A stretch of 35,865 nt of DNA from an uncultured Myxococcia bacterium (GCA_964617105.1 CAZTWC010000007.1:1-35865), one strand, 5' to 3'; counted from the stretch's first letter, positions 18,974-27,945 are shown. Notes: generated by a model not told the origin, from the sequence alone. A program made the numbers and translations.

Positions 18974-20440
18974 TCAGCCCTGTTGATCGTGCCAGATCAC
19001 CTGGCCGTCTTTGGCCTGGACTTCAACTTGCAGCCTGGTTTCTCCGGGCAAAGAGTGGGTGGCGCAGGCAAAACATGGGTCATAGGCTCTAAAGGCCATC
19101 TCTACCATGTTGAGCAAGCCATCGGACACATTGCCTTTTTGAATAAGTTTTTTGGCTGCTTTTTCAATGGACATGCATATAGCCGCCGCATTATTAACCG
19201 TGGCCACAATCAGGTTGACGTCGGTTAAAACACCTTTTTCATCGGTTTTATAATGGTGAATCAGAGTCCCCCGCGGGGCTTCCACCACGCCGATACCCTC
19301 CACCGGTTTTTCGGTGGGCACAGTTCTAACCACCGGATTGGTGAGTTCGGGATGCTCAGCCAATTGCTGCACGGTTTCCGCCGCATTCAACAGTTCGATC
19401 AACCTGGTCCAGTGATAGGCCAGAGTATGGTGAGCCGGCCGGCCGCCCAGGATTTCGTACATAGCTTTGCGTTCTGCTTCAGCGCCTTCGGTGCTCATGG
19501 ATTCACAAGCATTTACTCTTCCCAGGGGAGCCACCCGGTAAATTCCACTATCCGGGCCGTCCACAAACCCCTTCCAGCCGATTTGTTTCAAAAAGGGAAA
19601 CTTGATGTAACTCCAGGGTTCCACATGCTCGGCAATGTGGTCGGTGTACTGATCCACGCTGAACTTGGCGATTTCATTGGCCTGCTGATTCACCACTCGG
19701 ATTTTACCATCGTAATAGTCGGCCTGGTTTTGGTCATTTACCAGTCCCATGTAGTGAGTCTGATGGTAGTAGAGGTCTTGATCCACCACCACGTCAACGT
19801 AATCTTTGTTTTTTAATACAATGTCCCGGAAGATATCCAGAGAGAATTTGGCAAAGTCAACCCCCCGCAGGGCTACGCCTTTGATAAAGGTTCGGTCATC
19901 TTCGGTCAGGGCTTTGGAAACACCGCCGGGCAGACCGCAGGTGGGGTGAACCACTTTACCGCCGATCATGGTCATAATCTGCCGGAACTCTTTTCTGGTC
20001 TGGATCACTTTGACGGCATTCTCCATCCCCACTTTGCCGATTACCCCGAGGATATTACGCTCGGCTGCCGGCGCCTGGGGTCCCACCACGAAATCGGGTC
20101 CGCCCAGGAAGAAAAAATGGAGGGCATGGTCTTCCACAAAAAAGGCGTTGTACATCAGCCGGCGTATTAGTTTGGCTGAAAGGGGTGGATCTACTTTGTA
20201 TAGACTATCCAGAGTTTTGGTAGCCGCCATATGGTGAGCAGTGGGGCAGACACCACAGATCATGGTGGTGATGCGCGGCATCTCTTCTGCCGGTCTGTCC
20301 ACGCAAAACTGTTCAAAACCCCGGAACTCGGGAATTTGAAAGGCAGCGTGCTCGACATCACCGTTATCATCTAAAAATATCGATATTTTGCCGTGACCTT
20401 CCAGTCTGGTAATCGGATCAATTGTTATTGTCTTGGCCAT
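18974..20440 (-). CDS. mvhA: F420-non-reducing [NiFe] hydrogenase large subunit (group 3c-like)
   Basis: TRLEGHG, RGFE, ICGVCPTAH, EAPRGTLIHHY, and RAYDPCFACATH followed by a cleavable C-terminal extension. Confidence 0.95.
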   Translation of the reverse strand: MAKTITIDPITRLEGHGKISIFLDDNGDVEHAAFQIPEFRGFEQFCVDRPAEEMPRITTMICGVCPTAHHMAATKTLDSLYKVDPPLSAKLIRRLMYNAFFVEDHALHFFFLGGPDFVVGPQAPAAERNILGVIGKVGMENAVKVIQTRKEFRQIMTMIGGKVVHPTCGLPGGVSKALTEDDRTFIKGVALRGVDFAKFSLDIFRDIVLKNKDYVDVVVDQDLYYHQTHYMGLVNDQNQADYYDGKIRVVNQQANEIAKFSVDQYTDHIAEHVEPWSYIKFPFLKQIGWKGFVDGPDSGIYRVAPLGRVNACESMSTEGAEAERKAMYEILGGRPAHHTLAYHWTRLIELLNAAETVQQLAEHPELTNPVVRTVPTEKPVEGIGVVEAPRGTLIHHYKTDEKGVLTDVNLIVATVNNAAAICMSIEKAAKKLIQKGNVSDGLLNMVEMAFRAYDPCFACATHSLPGETRLQVEVQAKDGQVIWHDQQG

Positions 20441-20449
20441 AATATTACC

Positions 20450-21412
20450 TCATTTAGTTTTTGCTTTTCCCAGCAAAGATGCCGGCAGTCCGTAACGGTA
20501 AAAAGTCCCCGCAGGATCAGGAATAGTTTCAATGATTCTTTCTATCTCTTCGGGGTCGTTGCTGTCAATGATGGAAGCCACAGCACTCATAGCACTGGCG
20601 CCGTGGTCAGTGACATTGTCAAGAGGACCGTAGCAGCCGCTGCAGGGCATGTTGACGTTGATACATTTTTCTTCACAACCGCCTCTGGTGGCCAGCCCCA
20701 TGCAGATGATGCCGTCCAGCAAAAAGCAGCGATCAGTGTTTAAGTCCACATCCCAGTAACGCTGAAATTTTTCTATTTTTAACTTGTCCGGCTTGGTTTT
20801 ATTGCGTGGACAGGTTTCGCAGAGTGCCTTTTTAGAACCGATAACACTGCCGGCCGGTGGAAGTTTATTTTCTACAATAGCGGTAAAAGCGGCAAGGAGG
20901 TTATGGGGCTGTGGAGGGCAACCGGGTATATAGTAGTCCACATGCACCACCTGGTCCAGGGTTTTTACCCACTGGTAAAATTCCGGCAATTTAATAGATT
21001 TGTTGCGGAATTGACTTTGAGTAAGGGGCCTGGTGTTTTCTGGATTGTCCAAAGTTGGCACCTTTTCGTAGGCAGTCTTCAGGCAGGCTTTACCGCCATG
21101 AAAATTGGCCAGCCCGGGGATTCCACCCTGGTGAGCGCAGGCGCCGAAAGCTATCAGCACCTTTGACTTGCACCTGAGTAGTTTGGCGATCTCTTCCTGC
21201 TCATCCAGCCGGATGGCGCCGTTGAGAAAACAAACATCAATATGGCCGTCAGGCATATTTTCCACATCAGAATATTTAAAATCCAGGGCAACCGGCCAAA
21301 AAAGAATATCCGCTTTTTCCACCACATCCAGGATGGCTTCATTCAGATCCACCACCGTCTCTTCACACCCGCCACAACTTGAGCACCAATAGAATGCTAT
21401 TTTTAATTTCAT
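20450..21412 (-). CDS. mvhG: F420-non-reducing hydrogenase small subunit
   Basis: WCSSCGGCE, FGACA..GG, PGCPP, CETC, CFL, ICMG, GCEEKC, PCSGCYG. Confidence 0.94.
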   Translation of the reverse strand: MKLKIAFYWCSSCGGCEETVVDLNEAILDVVEKADILFWPVALDFKYSDVENMPDGHIDVCFLNGAIRLDEQEEIAKLLRCKSKVLIAFGACAHQGGIPGLANFHGGKACLKTAYEKVPTLDNPENTRPLTQSQFRNKSIKLPEFYQWVKTLDQVVHVDYYIPGCPPQPHNLLAAFTAIVENKLPPAGSVIGSKKALCETCPRNKTKPDKLKIEKFQRYWDVDLNTDRCFLLDGIICMGLATRGGCEEKCINVNMPCSGCYGPLDNVTDHGASAMSAVASIIDSNDPEEIERIIETIPDPAGTFYRYGLPASLLGKAKTK

Positions 21413-21421
21413 AAAATACTC

Positions 21422-21830
21422 CTAACCCTGATTAAAGGGGCCCAACTTGATAAGTTGTTCCCGCATATCTTTGACCACCTGGACAAATTTGTCCGCCTCT
21501 GAGGCTGAAACCCAATCCAGCCTGATTCTTCCCTTTTCTATATTCAATTGGGAGAGCACTTTTTCGGTCATTTTATGACGGCGCAGGGCTTTGTAGTTTC
21601 CCTCCTTGTAGTGACAGTCACCCGGGTGGCATCCTAAAATGAGCACCCCGTCTGCTCCTTCGCTAAAAGCCTTGAGCACAAACTGAGGTTCAACTCTTCC
21701 AGAGCACATTACCCTGACCGGAATCAGGTTGGCCGGAATCTCATGCCGCCGGCTACCGGCCAGATCCGCACCGGCATTAGGAACACCAGTTGCATAAAAA
21801 GCCTACAATTTTTGGTTCAAAATCGTTCAT
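21422..21830 (-). pseudogene. mvhD: Hydrogenase [2Fe-2S] subunit MvhD interrupted by a 1-bp insertion (real or a sequencing error)
   Basis: ATG 21830 gives MNDFEPKIVGFLCNWCS then TAA. Deleting one base at 21777/21778 gives CNWCSYAGADLAG...RVMCSGRV...GCHPGDCHY, 135 aa. Confidence 0.9.
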
Positions 21831-21858
21831 TAAGATTACTCCCGTATGTATAATCGGT

Positions 21859-23817
21859 TTATTCCTGCAAACTACCAGAAATTTCCGCCATGATTTGAGT
21901 ATCAGTAAAATGCCGGTTGGTGATAGCACCAGAGGGACAGGCTGGAGTGCACGTACCGCAACCATGGCATAGAACTTCTGTAACCAGTGAAACCTCTTTC
22001 TCCTGGTCAAAGGTGATGGCATCGTAGGGGCAGGTAATGATACAGGTTTTACAACCACTGCAAAGATCTTCGTCTATTTCGCTAGTGGTCACTTCCATGG
22101 TTAATTTTTGACCGGGCACAATGGAAGAGAGGACTTTGCCGGCGCTTGCCTCGGCCTGGGCAACAGCGCCTTCTATTCCAATCGGTCCGGCGGCCGCTCC
22201 CACTACCATGATCCCTTTCAATAATGAAGATACCGGGTCAAGTTTGTTGTGTTCTGTTTCTACAAAACCTCTCTGGTCCGGCTCCATTTTCAGCAGGTCG
22301 AATATCTGTTTGCTCCCTTTGGAAGAAGCCATACCGCCGTTTAAAATAACCAGGTCGCTGGTCAGAGTTTTTTCCTGGCCCCTGGATTGGAAGGCGATTT
22401 GATAATTTCCGTTGTCACCGCCATTGGCCGACCTTACATTAATAGATTTTAGATTGTCCAGCCGGATAAACTGAATATTGCTGTTGTTTGCCAGCGAGGC
22501 CTTGAATTTTTGGGCCCCGACTCCGGGCAGGCACCAGTCCAGAACCAGGTGATTAACTTTGGTCTGTGGCAGTTTTTTATCAATAAGTTTAGCGTATTTC
22601 AAGGCGGTGAGGCAGCAAGTGCCAGAGCAGTAGTCCAAATGTTCATCGTCTCTGGAACCGGCGCAATGAATAATGGTTACCTCTTGCGGCTCCGAGCCAT
22701 CTTGTTTTTTTATTTCACCATTGGTGGGTCCACTACTGGAAAGAATCCGTTCAAACTGGAGGCCGGAGTAAACGTCCTGGTATTTACTACCAAGTGCCGG
22801 TATTTTGTCCAGGTCAAAGGAATCGAAACCAGTGGCTACTACAATTGCGCCCACGTTTAGTTCGTGTAAAATATCTTTTTGCTCAAAATCAAAAGCGGCA
22901 AAGGGGCATATCTCTTCACACTTGTTACACTCCTCACCCTTGAAGCGCAGGCAGTTTTCCTTGTCAATAATAGGAATATTGGGCAATGAACCAATAAAAG
23001 GAACATAAATCGCTTTACGCTCAGACATGCCAAAGTCGATTTTATTAGGCACCGAAACCGGGCAGGGTTCATAGCAGGCCGAGCAGCCAATGCAGGCCTC
23101 CCTAATCACATAGTCCGCTTTTTTAACCACATTTACTATAAAATTACCATACGAACCTACCACTTTTTGCAGTTCACTGTTGACCAGTATTTGGATATTG
23201 TCGTGGTGAAGCACTTTGTCCAGTTTCTCTTCCAACATACAGGTAGCGCACTCCATATTGGGATAGACTTCTTCGTAAGTAGTGACTTTACCGCCAATAT
23301 AGGAGTTTTTTTCTAGCAGATAAACCTGGCGCCCGCTGTCTGCCATCAAGAGCGCGGCTTCTATGCCCGCTATTCCGCCGCCCACTACCAGCACGTTGGT
23401 ACAGGCATCGATCTTTTTGACTACAAAAGCCACTTGATTATTGGTTCTTTCAATGGCTCCCTGGATCATCCGCTTCGCTTTTAGGGTGGCCTTTTCCGCA
23501 TCACTGTGCATCCAGGCGCACTGTTCTCTGATATTGACTAGTTGAAAGAGATAAGGGTTCAGTTCCGCCTCTTCACATACTTTTTTAAAAGTATGCTCAT
23601 GTTGTTTGGGGGAGCAGGCTGCTATTACAAATCTGTCGTAGTTGCCATCAACCAGGTTATCCTTCAGCCAAACCTTTCCCTCTTCACCGCAAAGTAATTC
23701 GTGGGTAAATACATCCACCTGATCGGCAGCAGTAAAATATTGCTGTAATTTATCCAGGGCCAGGTTGTCGGCGATATTGTTGCCGCATTCACATAAATAA
23801 ACCGCTATTTTGCTCAT
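21859..23817 (-). CDS. hdrA: Heterodisulfide reductase subunit A-like flavoprotein
   Basis: YLCECG.NI, AACSP, NIREQCAW.H, VVGGGIAG, CIGCSAC...C, VGAIVVATG, HCAGSRD, CSGTCC...LK, C-terminal 2x[4Fe-4S] CxxCxxCxxxCP motifs. Confidence 0.96.
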   Translation of the reverse strand: MSKIAVYLCECGNNIADNLALDKLQQYFTAADQVDVFTHELLCGEEGKVWLKDNLVDGNYDRFVIAACSPKQHEHTFKKVCEEAELNPYLFQLVNIREQCAWMHSDAEKATLKAKRMIQGAIERTNNQVAFVVKKIDACTNVLVVGGGIAGIEAALLMADSGRQVYLLEKNSYIGGKVTTYEEVYPNMECATCMLEEKLDKVLHHDNIQILVNSELQKVVGSYGNFIVNVVKKADYVIREACIGCSACYEPCPVSVPNKIDFGMSERKAIYVPFIGSLPNIPIIDKENCLRFKGEECNKCEEICPFAAFDFEQKDILHELNVGAIVVATGFDSFDLDKIPALGSKYQDVYSGLQFERILSSSGPTNGEIKKQDGSEPQEVTIIHCAGSRDDEHLDYCSGTCCLTALKYAKLIDKKLPQTKVNHLVLDWCLPGVGAQKFKASLANNSNIQFIRLDNLKSINVRSANGGDNGNYQIAFQSRGQEKTLTSDLVILNGGMASSKGSKQIFDLLKMEPDQRGFVETEHNKLDPVSSLLKGIMVVGAAAGPIGIEGAVAQAEASAGKVLSSIVPGQKLTMEVTTSEIDEDLCSGCKTCIITCPYDAITFDQEKEVSLVTEVLCHGCGTCTPACPSGAITNRHFTDTQIMAEISGSLQE

Positions 23818-23899
23818 TCTAGCCTCATATTATTAATGGAGTTTATAAACTGGAGTTGTTTAGGGCATTTTGGTGCTGTAATCTCACCCAATGTCTGGT

Positions 23900-24124
23900 T
23901 CAGATTTTGATTTGGGCAGTAAATTTGCCACCTCCATCATCGCGACAAAAGAGCAAACTCTTTTTCATCCGGGAACACCAGGCCTCCACGTCATGCTTGA
24001 AGGTAGGGCAGTCACCGAGAATTTCCAAAGTATCACCACCATTCATGGTCGGCACTTTGGCAGAAATTTTTAAAATCGGTTGGGGGCACTTCAATCCTAA
24101 ACAGTCTAATATTTCCTGAGCCAT
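23900..24124 (-). CDS. tusA: TusA/SirA-family sulfur carrier
   Basis: LDCLGLKCPQP (CPxP motif), GDTLEILGD; 74 aa; AGGAG Shine-Dalgarno. Confidence 0.9.
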   Translation of the reverse strand: MAQEILDCLGLKCPQPILKISAKVPTMNGGDTLEILGDCPTFKHDVEAWCSRMKKSLLFCRDDGGGKFTAQIKI

Positions 24125-24217
24125 TATTTTCTCCTTTTCAAGCCTTTTCGATTGAGCACAAATTTATTTAGATTATTATAAAAAGTTCACTTTTTTTCAA
24201 GTTATTTTTTTGTTTTT

Positions 24218-25300
24218 TTAGGAGTACTCTTCAATCATCTCCATCAGGATATCTTCGTTGTTCTGGATGGTTTGGTAAAAGGCGTTTACCACCTGGCCGT
24301 CAAACTGAACTTGGCAACTTTTTTGTAATTGCGCCATAGCCTCAGGTTGATTCATTTTTTTGCCGTACCGGTTGGTGGTCATGGCGTCAAAGGCGTTGGC
24401 CACCGCCAATATCCTGGATATAAGAGGAATCTCATCGCCGGCTAACCCGTTGGGAAACCCCCCGCCGTTGTAGTATTCGTTCAAATGGGTGATGGCCGGG
24501 ATTATTTTGGTAAAGGGTTTAATTTTGGCTAATATCCTGGTGCCGTTTTCAATCGCCTGGACTATTTGGGAAAAATCAGACCGATCCAGGGGCGGGGGTT
24601 TGGTAAGGATATTTTCAGCCAGAGATATTTTGCCGATATCGTGGAGAAGAGCGGCCAACTGCAGATTTTCGCGAAAACTGCGATCAAAACTATAGCCGTC
24701 TTCCATCTCCAGTTGATTAAGTATGTAGAGGGAATAGATATGAACCCGTTTAGCATGGGCAGAGAGGGTAATATCTTTTAAATCCAATATTTCCAGCAGG
24801 GTGCTGACCACGTTGATAAAGGTTAATTGCCTTTCCCGCTTGGCTATTACCTGTTGTTCCTTTACCGAGAGATAGTTGACTATGCTTTCTAAAAACAGGA
24901 TATCCTCCTGGCTGTAATCGAGGTTTTCCGCTTTAGCCGCCAGGAACATATAGCGGCATTTTCTTTCATCAGCCAGAGGAAAAGGGATGACATGCAGATT
25001 AGCCAGTCGTTTTTGATTGTTTCGGTCAATTAGGGGAAAATTTTCCAGGCAGCAGTAGTTATGGTCATCCGTTTTGTGAAAAGATAAGTAGTGCAGCGCC
25101 GATTCCACATCCAGAAGCCTGCAATTGCCTCTCTGGTTTTTTATCGAGTATTGGAGGTAATTATCGCCTGCTTGTAAGATAATAATAAAATCGGGGTTAA
25201 AATTGTTTTCCAACTGCTCCAGAACATACCGGTAAAGGTGTTCCAGAGTGGAAACTTTGTTTAGATTTAGATATATATTTTTTAATTTGTCCAACAGCAT
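24218..25300 (-). CDS. HD-GYP domain protein with degenerate metal-binding motifs and an N-terminal GAF-like region
   Basis: HAKRV, LLHDIGKI, HLNEYYNGGGFP, IPLISRILAVANAFDAM, QFD. Confidence 0.88.
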   Translation of the reverse strand: MLLDKLKNIYLNLNKVSTLEHLYRYVLEQLENNFNPDFIIILQAGDNYLQYSIKNQRGNCRLLDVESALHYLSFHKTDDHNYCCLENFPLIDRNNQKRLANLHVIPFPLADERKCRYMFLAAKAENLDYSQEDILFLESIVNYLSVKEQQVIAKRERQLTFINVVSTLLEILDLKDITLSAHAKRVHIYSLYILNQLEMEDGYSFDRSFRENLQLAALLHDIGKISLAENILTKPPPLDRSDFSQIVQAIENGTRILAKIKPFTKIIPAITHLNEYYNGGGFPNGLAGDEIPLISRILAVANAFDAMTTNRYGKKMNQPEAMAQLQKSCQVQFDGQVVNAFYQTIQNNEDILMEMIEEYS

Positions 25301-25330
25301 AATTATTTATAACCTCGTTAGTATTCAGTT

Positions 25331-25372
25331 CCTGTCCGAAACCCCCCTACGAAGTGAATTCTCGGACGGCAG
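25331..25372. repeat. Intergenic palindromic element, copy 1
   Basis: ctgtccga...tcggacgg stem. The reverse complement ccgtccgagaattcacttcgt...ggtttcggacag matches the element at 31937-31986. Confidence 0.6.
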
Positions 25373-25429
25373 CTGTTATTTTATCATGGAAAATATATAG
25401 GGCAAAAAAAAAGCAAAATCTATTCATTG

Positions 25430-25458
25430 TTGACATTAATAATATGATTCAATAATAT
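25430..25458 (+). promoter_or_regulatory. Sigma70 promoter for the gdhA-like gene
   Basis: TTGACA-N17-TAATAT; AGGAGG Shine-Dalgarno before ATG 25517. Confidence 0.65.
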
Positions 25459-25516
25459 TAATATTTTGTTATTTTTTATGCCTATGATTTTAGGTCCTTG
25501 AATTAGGAGGGTTTCC

Positions 25517-26878
25517 ATGGCTGACTATATAACCACTTTGATGGCTGATGTGAAGGCCAAAAATCGAACGCAACCAGAATTTCATCAGGCTGTCCAGGAG
25601 GTAACGGAGTCATTAACCATTGTTTTGGATCGGTATCCTGAATATAGACAGGCTAAAATTCTCGAACGGATTATCGAACCTGAGCGAGTTATCATGTTTC
25701 GAGTTCCCTGGGTGGATGACCAGGGCGAAATTCAGATCAATCGTGGTTTTCGGGTAGAGATGAATAGTGCCATAGGCCCCTATAAGGGCGGTTTGAGGTT
25801 TCACCCTTCGGTTAATCTAGGCATTTTAAAATTTTTAGCATTTGAACAGGTGTTTAAAAATAGTTTAACCACACTGCCCATAGGTGGAGGACAGGGTGGA
25901 AGTGACTTTAACCCACAAGGTAAAAGCGATAATGAGGTTATGCGTTTTTGCCAGAGTTTTATGAACGAACTCTTTCGATACATAGGCCCCAATACTGATA
26001 TTATAACTGGTGACATTGGGGTGGGTGGAAGAGAAATAGGCTACCTTTTTGGGCAATATAAGCGATTATGCAATGAATTTGTAGGGGTTATTACCGGCAA
26101 AGGGCTCAATTGGGGTGGATTGCTTAAGCGCCCTGAAGCAACCGGATATGGGGCAGTTTATTTTGCTGCTAACATGCTTGAAACCCGCAATCAAACTTTG
26201 GAAGGAAAAACCTGCCTGGTTTCCGGCTGTGGAAACGTAGCCCAGTATACCATTGAAAAGGTGAATGAATTGGGGGGGAAATGCGTTACCCTATCTGATT
26301 TTTTTGGCTATATTTATGATCCAGAGGGCATAAATTCTGAAAAATTAAAATTTGTCATGGAGTTGAAGAACTTGCGTCGTGGTCGGCTGGAGGAATACGC
26401 CGGTAAATTTCCGGGCGCAACTTTTACGCCGGTGGATCTTGACCTCGATTACAATCCTCTGTGGAACCACCAGGCAGACTGCGCCTTCCCAAGCGCAACC
26501 GAGAACGAGATCAATTTAAAGGATGCCCAGAACTTGCTTAATAATGGAGTTTATCTGGTGTCGGAAGGCGCCAATATGCCGACAACTCCCGAAGGTGTGG
26601 ATCTTTTTGTGGGCGATAAAATATTATATGGCCCGAGCAAGGCTGCAAACGCCGGCGGCGTAGTTGTATCTGGCATTGAAATGGCCCAGAACTCATCCCG
26701 GTTTGGCTGGAACGCTAAAGAGGTGGATGATCGTCTGAAAATTATAATGAAGAGTATTCATGATACATGTGTATCAGCGGCCAATCGTTTTGGTACGTCT
26801 GGAAATTATGTGAACGGGGCTAATATTACCGGTTTTTTAAAAGTTGCCGATGCCATGATGGATCAGGGAGTAGTGTGA
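25517..26878 (+). CDS. gdhA: NADP-specific glutamate dehydrogenase homolog with the catalytic Lys replaced by Gln126
   Basis: QPEFHQAV, GPYKGGLRFHPSVN, FKNSLT, RPEATGYG, EGANMP, KAANAGGV; GGGKGG reads GGGQGG. Confidence 0.93.
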   Translation: MADYITTLMADVKAKNRTQPEFHQAVQEVTESLTIVLDRYPEYRQAKILERIIEPERVIMFRVPWVDDQGEIQINRGFRVEMNSAIGPYKGGLRFHPSVNLGILKFLAFEQVFKNSLTTLPIGGGQGGSDFNPQGKSDNEVMRFCQSFMNELFRYIGPNTDIITGDIGVGGREIGYLFGQYKRLCNEFVGVITGKGLNWGGLLKRPEATGYGAVYFAANMLETRNQTLEGKTCLVSGCGNVAQYTIEKVNELGGKCVTLSDFFGYIYDPEGINSEKLKFVMELKNLRRGRLEEYAGKFPGATFTPVDLDLDYNPLWNHQADCAFPSATENEINLKDAQNLLNNGVYLVSEGANMPTTPEGVDLFVGDKILYGPSKAANAGGVVVSGIEMAQNSSRFGWNAKEVDDRLKIIMKSIHDTCVSAANRFGTSGNYVNGANITGFLKVADAMMDQGVV

Positions 26879-26912
26879 AGAGGGTCCATTTTTCGACAAG
26901 GGCGGATTCTTC

Positions 26913-26941
26913 TTGACAAAACATTACAGAGCATATATAGG
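26913..26941 (+). promoter_or_regulatory. Sigma70 promoter for rplM-rpsI
   Basis: TTGACA-N17-TATAGG. Confidence 0.55.
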
Positions 26942-26990
26942 TATCTGTTTCTAATTAATTTTCGCTAACTTTTTTATAAAAGGTGTTCTA

Positions 26991-27419
26991 ATGAGAACCT
27001 ACAGTGCAAAAACTGATGAAGTGACCCACAAGTGGTTCGTAGTGGATGTGGCAGGAAAAATTTTAGGCCGTCAGGCAACTGAAATAGCCAGGATATTGCG
27101 GGGCAAAAATAAACCTCAGTTTACTCCTCATGCCGATACCGGTGATTTTGTGGTAGTAATAAATGCCGACAAAGTCCAATTCACCGGGAAAAAATGGGAG
27201 AAGAAAAAATATTACCGCCATTCCGGTTACGTTGGGGGTTTAAAAACAGTGGTAGCCTCGGAGATGCGAGAAAAATATCCGGAAAGAATTATCCGCCATG
27301 CAGTGCAGGGTATGTTGCCTAAAAATACTCTGGGGCGGAAATTACTGAAAAAACTAAAGATCTATGTTGGGTCTGAACATCCTCACCAAGCTCAACAACC
27401 AACACTACTAGAGATATAA
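26991..27419 (+). CDS. rplM: 50S ribosomal protein L13
   Basis: WFVVD, LGR, LRGKNKP.FTPH.DTGD, YYRHSGY.GG, GMLPK. Confidence 0.99.
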   Translation: MRTYSAKTDEVTHKWFVVDVAGKILGRQATEIARILRGKNKPQFTPHADTGDFVVVINADKVQFTGKKWEKKKYYRHSGYVGGLKTVVASEMREKYPERIIRHAVQGMLPKNTLGRKLLKKLKIYVGSEHPHQAQQPTLLEI

Positions 27420-27461
27420 TACCCTTACTGGGGCGTGAATTGAAACAGACAGGAGTAATAA

Positions 27462-27854
27462 ATGGATAGGACGCCGATTGTAACTGGAAAAAGGAAATCC
27501 TCTATTGCCCGGTGCTTTTTAAAAGCAGGAAGCGGTAATATTACCATCAACAAGCGTAGCATCGATGATTATTTTGGCCGGGAAACCCTGAAAATGATAA
27601 TTAGGCAGCCTCTGGAACTGGTTGGTTGCCAGGGACTATGGGATATCTTTTTAAATGTTAAGGGTGGTGGTCTTTCTGGACAAGCAGGTGCGATTAGACA
27701 TGCTATCACCAAGGCTCTGTTGGAAGTAGACACTGAAAAATACCGCCCAATATTGAAGAAACAGGGATTTATCACCCGGGATTCCAGAGAAGTGGAACGG
27801 AAAAAATACGGCCAACCTGGTGCCCGCAAAAGATTCCAATTCTCCAAACGTTAA
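27462..27854 (+). CDS. rpsI: 30S ribosomal protein S9
   Basis: [29 protein letters not shown]-terminal QFSKR. Confidence 0.99.
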   Translation: MDRTPIVTGKRKSSIARCFLKAGSGNITINKRSIDDYFGRETLKMIIRQPLELVGCQGLWDIFLNVKGGGLSGQAGAIRHAITKALLEVDTEKYRPILKKQGFITRDSREVERKKYGQPGARKRFQFSKR

Positions 27855-27896
27855 TCTTATCTACCGTCTAAAAATCAATCAGACCAATATCAAACG

Positions 27897-27945
27897 GATT
27901 GGCGCACCACTGCACTATTGCAGTTGGTGCTCAATCTCTTTGTGT
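27897..27945 (+). terminator. Long imperfect hairpin after rpsI, possible terminator or processing site
   Basis: gattg-gcacca-ctgca[ctat]tgcag-tggtgc-caatc followed by tctttgtgttt. Confidence 0.5.

Noticed and set aside
21777-21779. Selenocysteine or pyrrolysine readthrough in mvhD
   Set aside because: The stop is TAA, it follows Ser rather than replacing a Cys, and the continuation is in another frame. MvhA also has Cys in DPCFAC.
21777-22058. 93-aa ORF overlapping the hdrA 3' end
   Set aside because: Only the last 17 codons (from ATG 21830) are the real MvhD N-terminus; the rest is an alternate frame of hdrA.
24175-24200. Promoter upstream of tusA (TTGAAA...TATAAT)
   Set aside because: The spacing is only 14 nt; a promoter is likely here but its elements cannot be fixed.
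26360-26720. Higher GC in the 3' half of gdhA suggesting a mosaic gene
   Set aside because: Based on a few hand-counted 60-mers and within the variation seen in other genes here.
27900-27914. Sigma54 promoter-like TGGCGC...TGCA before alr
   Set aside because: The GG-GC spacing is 9 rather than the required 10, and the sequence is explained by the hairpin.
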